The notes under the pieces are model-generated. The model was not told the DNA's origin. It ran no database searches and saw nothing but the letters and a program-made list of their open reading frames with translations. A stretch of 63,998 nucleotides of DNA, filler included, from Acidimicrobiia bacterium (lineage in GTDB: Bacteria; Actinomycetota; Acidimicrobiia; Spongiisociales; SHLN01): assembly GCA_041619515.1 (NCBI GenBank). It is 8 parts of 8 records of this genome, joined end to end, with 100 filler letters (N's around TTAATTAATTAA, not from the genome) between each part and the next. Parts side by side here need not be neighbours in the genome. Positions count along the whole stretch, not along the records: positions 25,846 to 34,301 come from JBFKDW010000101.1; positions 34,402 to 42,321 come from JBFKDW010000102.1; 6 more parts are not named here. One strand, 5' to 3'. Both the position numbers and the translations under genes were made by a program. Below are positions 28,106-37,632 of the stretch, piece by piece. Within the stretch, counting starts at the first letter, position 1, and every line of letters begins with the position of its first letter.

Positions 28106-28675
28106 ATGCAGGACCTCGCGCTGGAATTGCCGGCGGCAGCCCGCGGCATCCTCATCGCCGTTGCCGGCCTGGCCGCCTTCGTGCTCTGGCGGTGGCACGG
28201 GCGAGCCTTCGCCCCCGCCAAGCGGCGCAGCAGCCGGGGGATCGTCGCCTTCGAGCTGGCAAGGACCCGGAAACGGAGCGCGGAGATCCTGTCGGCCTGG
28301 GGGTCGGAGGGCCGGACGGCGGCTCGGAAGGCGTTCCGCATCGACTTCGCCTTCGCCGTCGCCTACGCGGTGCTGCTGTGGCTGGCCTGCGCCAGCCTGG
28401 CCGGCGTGGTCGGCGAGCGGACGTGGGGGTGGATGGAGGAGGCCGGCTGGTGGCTGTCGACTCTGGTACTGGTGGCCGGCCTGCTCGACTGGATCGAGAA
28501 CTGGGCGCTGCTGCGGATGCTCGCCACGTTCGAACCGGGAGAGGAAGACGGCGGGATCGGGAAGCTCCACCCTCCGGTCGCCGCCGCCGCCGCGATCGTG
28601 AAGTTCGCCTTCGTAATACCGGCCGTGCTGTACGTGGTCTTCGGGCCGGCCGTGCTGTGGGCGGGAAAACGGTAG
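28106..28675 (+). CDS. multi-pass membrane protein
   Basis: Four hydrophobic segments, ID.AF..AY and D..EN motifs. Confidence 0.7.
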   Translation: MQDLALELPAAARGILIAVAGLAAFVLWRWHGRAFAPAKRRSSRGIVAFELARTRKRSAEILSAWGSEGRTAARKAFRIDFAFAVAYAVLLWLACASLAGVVGERTWGWMEEAGWWLSTLVLVAGLLDWIENWALLRMLATFEPGEEDGGIGKLHPPVAAAAAIVKFAFVIPAVLYVVFGPAVLWAGKR

Positions 28676-28790
28676 AGCCCGGCTGGGGCGAGCGGCGTCC
28701 AGTGCACAAGACCGCGAAATCTGAGCCTCTGTCGGTAACGTGCCTCTCTCACGACCACGCCGGTGGTCCACCAACGAAGGGAACGGTTGC

Positions 28791-29450
28791 TTGTCACGCG
28801 TACTCCAGAAACCAGTGGGCGCCGCCGTGCTCGCCCTGATGCTGCTCTCGGGGCTGCTCAGTGGTGCGGCCGGAGCCGCCGAGGGCGACACCATCTACCA
28901 CGGATGCCGAAAGAAATTCGGCGGGGAGATCATCAAGGTGTGGACCGATTCGGAGCCTCCTTCAGTGTGCAGGCCGTGGCAGACCGTCGTGACCTGGAGT
29001 CAAACCGGTCCCCAGGGCCCGACCGGCCCTCCCGGGCCCCAGGGTGAGGCGGGTCCCCCGGGAGCCGACGGGGCCGACGGAGCACCAGGGCCCGCCGGTC
29101 CCCCAGGGCCACAGGGTCCCCAGGGTGAGCCCGGCACTGACGGTGCCGACGGCACCGATGGGGCGGCCAGCGTGTACACCGCCTTGGCAGATCAGGTGTT
29201 CCTGGAGGGCGAGGTCGAGATCACGACCGTGGCGTATTGCGACGAGGGTGATCTGGTTGCCGGTGGGGGTCACTTCTTCTGGGATGGCTCGAGGACCTTC
29301 AACCTGATCGACTCGTCACCGACCGGGCACCCGTTCTCAGAGCTGCCCGCCGGCGGGTGGCAGATCCGGATCGTCGGCGCAACGGGTGGGTTCGATATCA
29401 TCAGTGCCGTCGCCCAGTGCATCGACAAGCCGCCACTGCGCGTCGACTAA
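28791..29450 (+). CDS. secreted collagen-like protein
   Basis: Signal peptide, then 18 Gly-X-Y triplets (29007-29168), then a Cys-containing C-terminal domain (C..G....GGG); start TTG 28791 inferred. Confidence 0.8.
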   Translation: MSRVLQKPVGAAVLALMLLSGLLSGAAGAAEGDTIYHGCRKKFGGEIIKVWTDSEPPSVCRPWQTVVTWSQTGPQGPTGPPGPQGEAGPPGADGADGAPGPAGPPGPQGPQGEPGTDGADGTDGAASVYTALADQVFLEGEVEITTVAYCDEGDLVAGGGHFFWDGSRTFNLIDSSPTGHPFSELPAGGWQIRIVGATGGFDIISAVAQCIDKPPLRVD

Positions 29451-29534
29451 ACCAGGCGAAAACGCGTCACACCGGCGAAGCGCCGGGGGGATCGTCCACC
29501 TAGTCTTCGGCGATACTCACGATCGGGAGGGCCG

Positions 29535-29885
29535 ATGGCGAAGGAAATCGAAGTGGGGCCGGCATCCGAGCTGCCTCCGGGTACGGTCACGGGCGCCGGG
29601 CGCTACGCGGTCGGCAATGCCGATGGCGAGTACTTCGCGGTCACCCGGCGCTGCCGGCACCTCATGGCCGACCTGGCGGACGGCAGCATCGACGAGGACG
29701 GCTGCCTCACCTGTCCGTGGCACGGTTCCAAGTACGACGTCCACACCGGCCGGATGGTGCTGGGACCGCAAGGCATATTCGCCAAGATTCCCGGGCTCGG
29801 CGCCGCTTTCAAGGTCCTGACGGCGGTGGTTCCGCTCGGGCGGGGCAAGGTCGTCAAACGCAACAAGAAGCTGTACGTCGAGTAG
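29535..29885 (+). CDS. Rieske 2Fe-2S ferredoxin
   Basis: CRH...CPWHGSKYD. Confidence 0.9.
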   Translation: MAKEIEVGPASELPPGTVTGAGRYAVGNADGEYFAVTRRCRHLMADLADGSIDEDGCLTCPWHGSKYDVHTGRMVLGPQGIFAKIPGLGAAFKVLTAVVPLGRGKVVKRNKKLYVE

Positions 29886-29887
29886 CC

Positions 29888-30742
29888 CTACGGCCGATCC
29901 GGCCCGGGCTGTTTGGCCATGTGCACCACTCGCTGGGGGAACGGGATCGTGATGCCTTCGGCGTCGAAACGCCGCTTGAGCGACCGGGCGAGGTCGTCGC
30001 GCACCCGCCATTCGGTGGCGATGTCGGGCTGATGCCAGTAGCGAAGCGCGAAATTGATCCCTGAATCCCCGAACTCGTCGACGTAGGCCTCGGCGGGAGG
30101 ATCGGCTGCCACCCCGTCGATCCTGTTCAGCACCTGCAGGATCACCGACTGGGCCGCATCCAGGTCGGTGCTGTAGCTGACCGAGACCTCCAGCGTGCTG
30201 CGGCGCTTGCCGAGCTCGGTGTAGTTGACGATGGGGTTCGACCACACCCCGGCGTTGGGAATGTGCACCCGCACGCCGTCGAAGGTCACCAGCCCCACCT
30301 CGCGCAAGTTGATGGTCTCCACCGTCCCGTCGAAGCCGTTCACCGACACCTGGTGGCCGGCGTCGAAGGGACGCCGGATCGACATGAAAACCCCGGCGAT
30401 CACGTTCTCGAGGAGATCCTGGAAGGCGAGGGCAATGGCGAGGCCGGCCAGGCCGAGCAGGCCCAGCACCGGCCCGATGGACACTCCGAGCCGATTGAGG
30501 GCGTAGACGAAGCCGACCGCAATGAAGACGGCCCCGATGAAGCGGCCGATGAGGCGGGCGATGAAGGTGCTGGTGCGCTTGTCGATGAAGCGCGCTGCCA
30601 GCCGGCCGACGGTCACACCGATGAGAGCGGCGACCAGCAAGATGCCGCCGGCCCACAGCCAGTCCACCAGCTCGAGGCCGGACAGTGTCGTCAGCGCGAC
30701 GCTGTCCTCGTTGGTGGTCGGGGTTGTTTGAGAGATGAACAT
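29888..30742 (-). CDS. mscS: small-conductance mechanosensitive channel
   Basis: AIALAFQD...N..AG, RPF..G, GTVE.I.LR, IPN, FGDSGINF, IPFPQR. Confidence 0.92.
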   Translation of the reverse strand: MFISQTTPTTNEDSVALTTLSGLELVDWLWAGGILLVAALIGVTVGRLAARFIDKRTSTFIARLIGRFIGAVFIAVGFVYALNRLGVSIGPVLGLLGLAGLAIALAFQDLLENVIAGVFMSIRRPFDAGHQVSVNGFDGTVETINLREVGLVTFDGVRVHIPNAGVWSNPIVNYTELGKRRSTLEVSVSYSTDLDAAQSVILQVLNRIDGVAADPPAEAYVDEFGDSGINFALRYWHQPDIATEWRVRDDLARSLKRRFDAEGITIPFPQRVVHMAKQPGPDRP

Positions 30743-30791
30743 CGGGTCGATGTTGGTGCCGGGGATCGGTGCCGTCAACAGCGATCGCCGC

Positions 30792-31517
30792 TCAGGCCAG
30801 GTCGTCGAGGTAGAGAGGCAGCATTTCGCGCCAGGTCGGCCAGTCGTGGTCGTGGTCTTCGGACCACAGGTCCACCCGATTGGGGATGCCCTTGTCCCCG
30901 AGCACGCGTGCCAGCTTCCACGTCTCACCCTGGTTCTCCCACCGGCCCCGGCCGGTGGCCAGGACGATGAAGCGGGACCTCAGCTTGTCGAGGACCGCGT
31001 CGCTGCTGAGGCGCGGCAGGTAGTGGAGGGGTGAGGAGAAGTAGAAGTCTTCGCTCCAATGGCCCCCCAGCCAGCCGGTCAGGTCGTAGGTCCCGCTCAT
31101 TCCCACCGCCAGGCGGAAATCACCTGGATGGCGGCAAAGGGTGGCCACCGCGTTGAAGGCGCCGATGGATGCCCCGGCGGTGATGATCTCGATGTCCGCG
31201 CTCCGGCAGTCCTCCCGGATGGCGGGCACCACCTCCCGGAAGATCATCTCGTCGAACCGGTTCTGCAGCCACATGGAATGGCGGGGGTCGTCGCCTTCCA
31301 GCCAGGAGCGGCCGGCGATGCTGTCGAGACTGAACACCTTGATGCGGCCGGCTTCGACGAGCGGCCACAGCGCCCCCACCAGCCCGTGGCGTTCGATCTC
31401 CTCGGCATCGCCCCCGGCGGTGGGGAACACCAGCACCGGCGCCCCGTAGTGGCCCCAGCGCACCAGCCGCACGGTGTGCTCCACGCGATCGGAGTGCCAG
31501 GAACTCTCGGCTTTCAC
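30792..31517 (-). CDS. alpha/beta-hydrolase (putative esterase)
   Basis: GH.G.PVLVFPT.GG, GASIG, MSG.YD, HDWP.W. Confidence 0.85.
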   Translation of the reverse strand: MKAESSWHSDRVEHTVRLVRWGHYGAPVLVFPTAGGDAEEIERHGLVGALWPLVEAGRIKVFSLDSIAGRSWLEGDDPRHSMWLQNRFDEMIFREVVPAIREDCRSADIEIITAGASIGAFNAVATLCRHPGDFRLAVGMSGTYDLTGWLGGHWSEDFYFSSPLHYLPRLSSDAVLDKLRSRFIVLATGRGRWENQGETWKLARVLGDKGIPNRVDLWSEDHDHDWPTWREMLPLYLDDLA

Positions 31518-32761
31518 GCGCCGGCGAGCCGGTCGGCTTCGGTGGTGCGCCAGAACTGCATGAGCCCCCAGAAATGATCCGTGAAGCCGTCCACCTCGTG
31601 CTCGGGGAACATCGTTGCCACCTTGGCGCGCACGGTTTCCCGGGCGCGGTCGGTGCCGAAGTACTCGAGGGTGACTTCGTCGAGGTCGGCCAGGTTGTCG
31701 GCACAGAACTCCTCGAAGCGCTCGGCGTCCAGGCGGCGGCGGGCGATCCGGCCGTACTCGGCCAGCTTCTCCCGGTACGGGAGGTCGGTGTCGGCCACCG
31801 CGAAGAACTCACCCCAGTCGAGGTTGAGGCGCATCGGGCGCTTGCCGGCAGCACAGAACAGCGACCAGCGAATCTTGGCCTTGACCAGCCAGGGAATGTG
31901 GAAGTGCAGCGAGGTCACCTGAGAGTCGGGGCACGGGTTGGCGAAATCGATGGGGTGGAACACCCCGTTCACCCGCAGCGACTCGCACGAGTTGAAGTCC
32001 CATCCGAAGAAGGTGTTGATGGTGAGCACCATGTCCGACAGCAGCGCCCACTCCTCCCCGTCCACGAAATTGAAGTCGACCTTGTAGCGGTCGTGGAGCG
32101 GGGCGCCCGGGTCGTACCGGATGACGTTCACCTGCGGACCGATCGCCAGGGCGCGTACGAAGAGATCGAACGGCTCGGCCGCCTTCTGCAGGTGCATGAG
32201 CCGAACCCCGGATTCGTCATAGGCCCGTTCCAGCTCCTCGGCATTGTCGACCCGCGACACACCAACCCAGGCGCCACCGTCGAATGGTTTCAGAAACTGC
32301 GGATAGCCCAGCCGGTCCCCGATGGCGGGCAGATCGAACATCCGGGCATAGCTCTCCAGCGTGATCTGAAGGTCGGCGGTCGGGACGTAGTGCTTGGGCG
32401 GGAGCATCCAGGTCTCCGGGACGGGCAGGCCCAGACGCATCATCGCGGCGTAGGAGGTGTGCTTCTCCATCGCCTGGATGGAGAACGGGTTGTTGAGCAC
32501 ATAGGTGCCGTCCATGATGATCGACTTCTTGATCCACTCCCGGCTGGTGTGATACCAGTGGGTGAGCCGATCGAGGACGACGTCGTACTCGGTCGGGTGG
32601 CGCAGTGAGTAGGGCTCGATGGTGACCCGTTCGACCGCGAACCGGACCTCCTCCCCGGCGACTCTCGCCACCGGCTGCAACCGTTCGACGATGTCTTCGT
32701 AGAAGGTGGGCCAGCACAGGTCGGCGCCGAGGGAGAGTCCGATCTTGCGGGTGGTGGTCAT
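31514..32761 (-). CDS. ATP-grasp (RimK/GshB-like) ligase
   Basis: LNNPF...EKH, P.TW.LP, KPFDGG.W.GV, IDFANP. Confidence 0.82.
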   Translation of the reverse strand: MTTTRKIGLSLGADLCWPTFYEDIVERLQPVARVAGEEVRFAVERVTIEPYSLRHPTEYDVVLDRLTHWYHTSREWIKKSIIMDGTYVLNNPFSIQAMEKHTSYAAMMRLGLPVPETWMLPPKHYVPTADLQITLESYARMFDLPAIGDRLGYPQFLKPFDGGAWVGVSRVDNAEELERAYDESGVRLMHLQKAAEPFDLFVRALAIGPQVNVIRYDPGAPLHDRYKVDFNFVDGEEWALLSDMVLTINTFFGWDFNSCESLRVNGVFHPIDFANPCPDSQVTSLHFHIPWLVKAKIRWSLFCAAGKRPMRLNLDWGEFFAVADTDLPYREKLAEYGRIARRRLDAERFEEFCADNLADLDEVTLEYFGTDRARETVRAKVATMFPEHEVDGFTDHFWGLMQFWRTTEADRLAGA

Positions 32762-32787
32762 AGAGCCCTTCCTGGATCGGACCGAGA

Positions 32788-33906
32788 TTACCGGCCCAAG
32801 GTGTGAACGAGCCCGCCGCGCAGCCGGTCGCGCCAGTTCTCCCCGTTGTGGCCGTCGGGCGCCTCCTCGTACCCGACGTCCACGCCGAGGTGTCGAAGTT
32901 GCTCGGCGAATACTCGATTGTCGGTGATCAGCCCGTCGAAGCGGCCGCAGGAAACGTGGATCCGTCCCGGCAGCTCCCCCGGCTGCGCGGCGAACGCATC
33001 CATGAACTCGACCACCGGCGCGAACACCGGGCCTCTCCGGAACCGGCCCCCCAGGGCGGTGACAAACGATCCGGATTGGAGGATGAGGCCCGAAAACGTG
33101 CCGGGATGCCGGCGGGCGGCATGCAGCGATGCCACCCCGCCCAGGCTGGCCCCTATGGCGACCCGCCGTGCAGGGTCGACCTCGATCCGGTCGGCTACCG
33201 CCGGGATCAATTCGCTCACGATGTGCTCGGCATGGCGGTCGTCGCCGGTGTACTCACGATTGCGGTCGTGGGGATCGCTCAGCACGCACGCCAGCGGGGG
33301 CAGCTCGCCGGCCGCAATCAGATTGTCGAGCACCACGCCCAGCGCGGCATATTCGACATACTCGGATCCGTCGTGGGCAACCAGCAGCGGGAGAGGCCCC
33401 ATCGCCGGCTCGGCCGGCATGTACAGGCGGCACCGGCGGGTGTCCCCGAAGGTGGAGGAGACGACTTCAAAGCTCTCGATGGTGCCGGCGGCGACCGACT
33501 CGTCCGGCACCGACCAGACCGGCCGCTCGTAGCGCGGCCCGGTCACCACCGAGTTGGCTCCGAACGGGTCGCGGGCGCGCTGGGGGTTGAGCACGTCCAT
33601 GACCAAACGCCGGCGGCCGCGGTTCTTCACCGACAGCTTGTACTCGATGCGAGATCGTTCCGGCAGGTCGACGGTGAGCGACCAGAGATCGGTTCCCGAG
33701 TGGCGAGAGAAGGCGCGCAGCGGCGGGAAGATGTCCATCCAATAGCGGAGCCCGACGGCTTCGGCCTCCCCGAAGTACAGGAAGGTGGTGGTCGTGCCGT
33801 GCTGAAGCGGGGCTCCTCCGGCGCGGTCGACGGCTTCCAGGAGCGGTTGGAGTCCGCCCCCGGCGGCGGCGAGGATGTCGGGGGGCACGGAGGATGTGGT
33901 GGTCAT
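32788..33906 (-). CDS. Fes-like esterase with N-terminal Ig/CBM48-like domain
   Basis: W.L...LP...R.EYK...D.LNP, HDG.EY, GASLGG, QSGSF, GHN...WRD. Confidence 0.85.
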   Translation of the reverse strand: MTTTSSVPPDILAAAGGGLQPLLEAVDRAGGAPLQHGTTTTFLYFGEAEAVGLRYWMDIFPPLRAFSRHSGTDLWSLTVDLPERSRIEYKLSVKNRGRRRLVMDVLNPQRARDPFGANSVVTGPRYERPVWSVPDESVAAGTIESFEVVSSTFGDTRRCRLYMPAEPAMGPLPLLVAHDGSEYVEYAALGVVLDNLIAAGELPPLACVLSDPHDRNREYTGDDRHAEHIVSELIPAVADRIEVDPARRVAIGASLGGVASLHAARRHPGTFSGLILQSGSFVTALGGRFRRGPVFAPVVEFMDAFAAQPGELPGRIHVSCGRFDGLITDNRVFAEQLRHLGVDVGYEEAPDGHNGENWRDRLRGGLVHTLGR

Positions 33907-34019
33907 GAGGCGCCCGTTGCGGGAGAGCCGGATCATCGTACTCAGCACCGGCGCTCCGGCACGCGATCCGGACGCTTTGGGAGGCCATAGAATGTGCAGC
34001 ACCAAACGAGGGGAAGCCT

Positions 34020-34265
34020 GTGAAGAGAGTTTTCAAGATCGCCCTGCTGGCCGGCGTCGTTGCCGCCGTCGTCAAGTTGGTCACCACCAAGAAGGCCGAG
34101 TGGGAAGGACTGACCGAGTCCGACGTGCGGGCCAAGATCGACAGCCGGCTGCCGGAGAAGGTTCCACCAAACACCCGGGCCGCCCTGGCCGACAAGGTCG
34201 TCGACAAGATGCGCCAGCGCGGCGCCCTGACGGACGAGTCGGCGACCGCCGCACCGTCCGACTGA
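34020..34265 (+). CDS. small membrane-anchored protein
   Basis: N-terminal hydrophobic helix, RBS GAGGGG, TAGAAT upstream. Confidence 0.65.
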   Translation: MKRVFKIALLAGVVAAVVKLVTTKKAEWEGLTESDVRAKIDSRLPEKVPPNTRAALADKVVDKMRQRGALTDESATAAPSD

Positions 34266-34301
34266 GGACTTCCCGCGTCGGAATCCCTCCGGGCTGCCAC
34301 C

Positions 34302-34401
34302 NNNNNNNNNNNNNNNNNNNNNNNNNNNNNNNNNNNNNNNNNNNNTTAATTAATTAANNNNNNNNNNNNNNNNNNNNNNNNNNNNNNNNNNNNNNNNNNN
34401 N
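34302..34401. other. artificial contig spacer
   Basis: N run with TTAATTAATTAA. Confidence 0.99.
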
Positions 34402-34402
34402 C

Positions 34403-37129
34403 TATCGCCACGTCCGGGGGGTCTTCTCCGTCGAGATGCAGCCACCGCTCGAGGTCAAGGGCATGTCCGAGCCGCTCCGCACCTACATTGTGAAGGCCGT
34501 TCGGCCGCGAGCATTTCGGCTGGAGACGCGGGGTATCGAGGGGGTAGAGACTCGCATGGTCGGGCGCGAGGCAGAGTTGCGCCGCCTGCAGGAAGCCCTC
34601 GGTCGGGTGATGGCCGGCAATCAACTGACCCTGTTCGAGGTCGTGGGTGACGCCGGAATCGGCAAATCGCGCCTGCTGTACGAGTTCGAGGACTGGTTGC
34701 GGTTGCAGCCCGCCGAAATCCGCCTCTTCACCGGCCGGGCCGACCGTCAGCACCAGGGCGTCCCGTTCGCGCTTGCTCGTGACATGTTCTATTCGCGTTT
34801 TGAGATCGAGGACACCGATCCCCCCCATCTGGTTCTTTCCAAGCTCGAGAGCGGCGTGGCCCACTTCCTGGCGGAAGGGGCGCGCGAGCAAGCACATTTC
34901 ATCGGGCATCTCCTCGGTCTCGACATGAGCTCGAGCGAGATCATCGGCGGCATCATCGACGATGCCAAGCAGCTCCACGACCGCGCTCTGGCGGCGGTCA
35001 CCAAGCTCTTCCTCGCCGTGACGCGGGAAGCACCAACCGTGGTGCTCCTGGAAGACATCCACTGGGCAGACCTGTCGTCGCTGCAGCTGGTGCTTCACAT
35101 CGCTGAAACCTGCGAGAACAGCCCCATCCTGATCGTGGCTCTCGCCAGGCCATCGCTGTTCGACCGGGTGCCCGGCTGGAGTGAGGGCCTGGCCCGCGTC
35201 CACCGCATACACCTGGTTCCCCTCTCAGAGGAGGAGAGCGAGCGGTTGGTGCTGGAGGTGCTGCAACGGCTTCCGTCGGTGCCCGAGATCATCCGCGACA
35301 GGGTTGTCGCCAACGCGGAAGGGAACCCGTTCTACGTCGAGGAGCTGATCCGGATGATGATCGAGGACGGGGTGATCATCACCAGCGACGACGTCTGGCG
35401 AATGGAGCAGGATCGTCTGACCGACCTGCAGGTTCCTGCGACCCTGACGGGAGTGCTGCAGGCCAGGCTGGACCGCCTTCCCTCCAGGGAGCGGCGAACC
35501 CTGGAACGGGCTTCGGTGGTGGGACGGATCTTCTGGGACGGCGCCATCCCCCCTCCGGCCAGTGACACGGCCCCACCCGCTGGCTCCGCCGTTCCCTCCG
35601 ACCTGCCGCAGGTCCTCGATGCCCTCCAGGGGAGAGAGCTGATACGGCCGCACGGGTCGGCGGACTTCGCCGGCACCTCGGAGTTCATCTTCAAGCATGC
35701 GATCCTCCACGAGGTCACCTACGAGGGTGTGCTGAAGTCTCTGCGGCGGGTCTATCACGCCTGGGTAGCCGAGTGGCTGGCGGCTCGTCCCGAGATCACC
35801 GCTCATCCCGCGATGATCGCCCGCCACTACGAGCTGGCCGAAGCTCCGGATGAGGCGGCGAGCTGGTATGCCCGCGCCGCTCGTCAGGCCCAGGGGCTGT
35901 TCGCCAATGACGATGCCATCGCCTACTTCCGGTTGGCACTGCGCCCCGAGAACCTCGATCCGGCGGCACGGGTTGCACTCAACCAGGGGCTGGGCGAGGT
36001 ATTGATGCTGCAGGCTCGCTACGACGAGGCGCTCGAGGCGATCGGCGCCATGCTCACAGACGCGCAGGCGTCCGGTGACGTGGCGGGGCAAGCGCGTGCG
36101 CTCCACGCCATGTCGACCACCCATACCCGCCTGGGAAACAGTCGTGAGGCTCTCCAGACGGCCGAGGAGGCAGCCGGGGTGCTGCGCAGAAGTGATGCGT
36201 CGTTTCCCACCGAGCTGGCCGATGTTCTCAAACGTCTCGGCTGGGCCCACTTGCGGCTGGGACACATCGACGAGGCTCGCACCCACGGCGAGGAGGCACT
36301 GGCGCTCGCCGAGGATATCGAGCACCACCGGGGCTTGCGGGGAACGCTCAACTTGCTCGGTGCCCTCAACGCCGCGCTGGGGAGTTACGAGCAGGCGGCC
36401 GGCTACTTCGAGCGGGCTCTGCGCGTGACCCAGGACCTCGGCGACCGCATCGGTGAGGGAAGGGCCCTCCTCAACCTCGGCGAGGTTGCCAGGCTGCAGG
36501 GCGACTTCGAACGGGCCGCGGCGATGTCGCGCCAAGCGCTGGCGATTCAGCAGGAACTGGGCGACCGTGACCAGCGGGCGCTGACGATGAGCAACATCGG
36601 CGCCGCCCACGTCGGGCTGAAGAACTACGAGCAGGCGGTCGCCGAGCTACGTCGAGCGGGTGGTGAGTTCACGGCCGCGGGAGCCTCGGAGCACATCTCA
36701 GAGACGTGCCGTCTCCTGGCAGAGGCCTACCTCGGCTCCGGTGAGCTGGCCGAAGCCACCGAGGAGGCGAAGCAGGCCCTGCGACATGCGGCCGCCGACG
36801 AGAATCCTGAGCACATCGGCCACGCCTGGCGGATACTCGGACGCGTTGCCGGCGCCCTCGACCAGGCCATCGAGGTCGAATGGGAGGGCTCTACCATGAC
36901 GTGTGATGTCACCGACTGCTTCGAGACGAGCCTGGCCGTTTTCACCGGCGCCGGGATGGAGGCCGATCGGGCTCTCGTGCTATGGGACTGGGCTGTCGTG
37001 CAATTGTCACGCGGGGACATGGAAGCGGGGGAGGCCAGGTGGCGTGAAGCCCGCGCGATCTTCGGCAACCTGGGATTGACGTTTTTCGAGGCACGCATGG
37101 ACGCCGAGCGCCAGGTGCTCGGGCACTAG
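34403..37129 (+). CDS. class III cyclase-AAA/STAND ATPase-TPR protein (5' truncated)
   Basis: Cyclase tail (LEVKG), VGRE.EL, Walker A GDAGIGKS, LLEDIHWAD, GNPFYVEE, F.H...EV.Y, TPR repeats. Confidence 0.88.
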   Translation, partial: YRHVRGVFSVEMQPPLEVKGMSEPLRTYIVKAVRPRAFRLETRGIEGVETRMVGREAELRRLQEALGRVMAGNQLTLFEVVGDAGIGKSRLLYEFEDWLRLQPAEIRLFTGRADRQHQGVPFALARDMFYSRFEIEDTDPPHLVLSKLESGVAHFLAEGAREQAHFIGHLLGLDMSSSEIIGGIIDDAKQLHDRALAAVTKLFLAVTREAPTVVLLEDIHWADLSSLQLVLHIAETCENSPILIVALARPSLFDRVPGWSEGLARVHRIHLVPLSEEESERLVLEVLQRLPSVPEIIRDRVVANAEGNPFYVEELIRMMIEDGVIITSDDVWRMEQDRLTDLQVPATLTGVLQARLDRLPSRERRTLERASVVGRIFWDGAIPPPASDTAPPAGSAVPSDLPQVLDALQGRELIRPHGSADFAGTSEFIFKHAILHEVTYEGVLKSLRRVYHAWVAEWLAARPEITAHPAMIARHYELAEAPDEAASWYARAARQAQGLFANDDAIAYFRLALRPENLDPAARVALNQGLGEVLMLQARYDEALEAIGAMLTDAQASGDVAGQARALHAMSTTHTRLGNSREALQTAEEAAGVLRRSDASFPTELADVLKRLGWAHLRLGHIDEARTHGEEALALAEDIEHHRGLRGTLNLLGALNAALGSYEQAAGYFERALRVTQDLGDRIGEGRALLNLGEVARLQGDFERAAAMSRQALAIQQELGDRDQRALTMSNIGAAHVGLKNYEQAVAELRRAGGEFTAAGASEHISETCRLLAEAYLGSGELAEATEEAKQALRHAAADENPEHIGHAWRILGRVAGALDQAIEVEWEGSTMTCDVTDCFETSLAVFTGAGMEADRALVLWDWAVVQLSRGDMEAGEARWREARAIFGNLGLTFFEARMDAERQVLGH

Positions 37130-37221
37130 GTGCCGCCGCTTCCCTCGGCCCGGGCCGTGTTGCCTGCGGCGGGTGACCGGTCGGCCGGAATGCCGGTGGG
37201 TGTCGGGGCGTTCCCGATCCC

Positions 37222-37581
37222 ATGACAGACCTCATCGCCGCGGCTCTCGCATCCGACCGAACAATCGATATCACCACCATCGGACGCACGACGGGCCGGT
37301 CGCGACGGCTCGAGATGTGGTTCCACAACCTCGACGGCCGCATCTATCTCACGGGGAGCCCGGGCCGGCGCAGCTGGTATGCGAACCTGGCGGTCAACCC
37401 GGAGTTCACGTTCCACCTGAAAGAGTCGGTGCAAGCCGATCTCCGGGCCACGGCCAGGCCGATCACCGACGAGAGTGAACGGCGCAGCGTCCTCGAAGTG
37501 CTGCTCGAGCGGCTCGGGTACCTCGACCGGATCGACCAATGGATGTCGGGCAGCCCGCTGGTCGAGGTCACGTTTTCGTGA
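37222..37581 (+). CDS. deazaflavin (F420)-dependent nitroreductase-family oxidoreductase
   Basis: ITT.GR.TG..R..E.WF and W..NL..NP motifs. Confidence 0.8.
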   Translation: MTDLIAAALASDRTIDITTIGRTTGRSRRLEMWFHNLDGRIYLTGSPGRRSWYANLAVNPEFTFHLKESVQADLRATARPITDESERRSVLEVLLERLGYLDRIDQWMSGSPLVEVTFS

Positions 37582-37632
37582 GGACGCACGCCGGAAACGG
37601 AAGCGGGTCACTCACGTGGTGGGTCAACCTGC

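Noticed and set aside
34403..37129. Linking this second cyclase-ATPase-TPR gene to the S8 module
   Set aside because: It is on a different contig, and such proteins are commonly multicopy in these genomes. There is no evidence of linkage.
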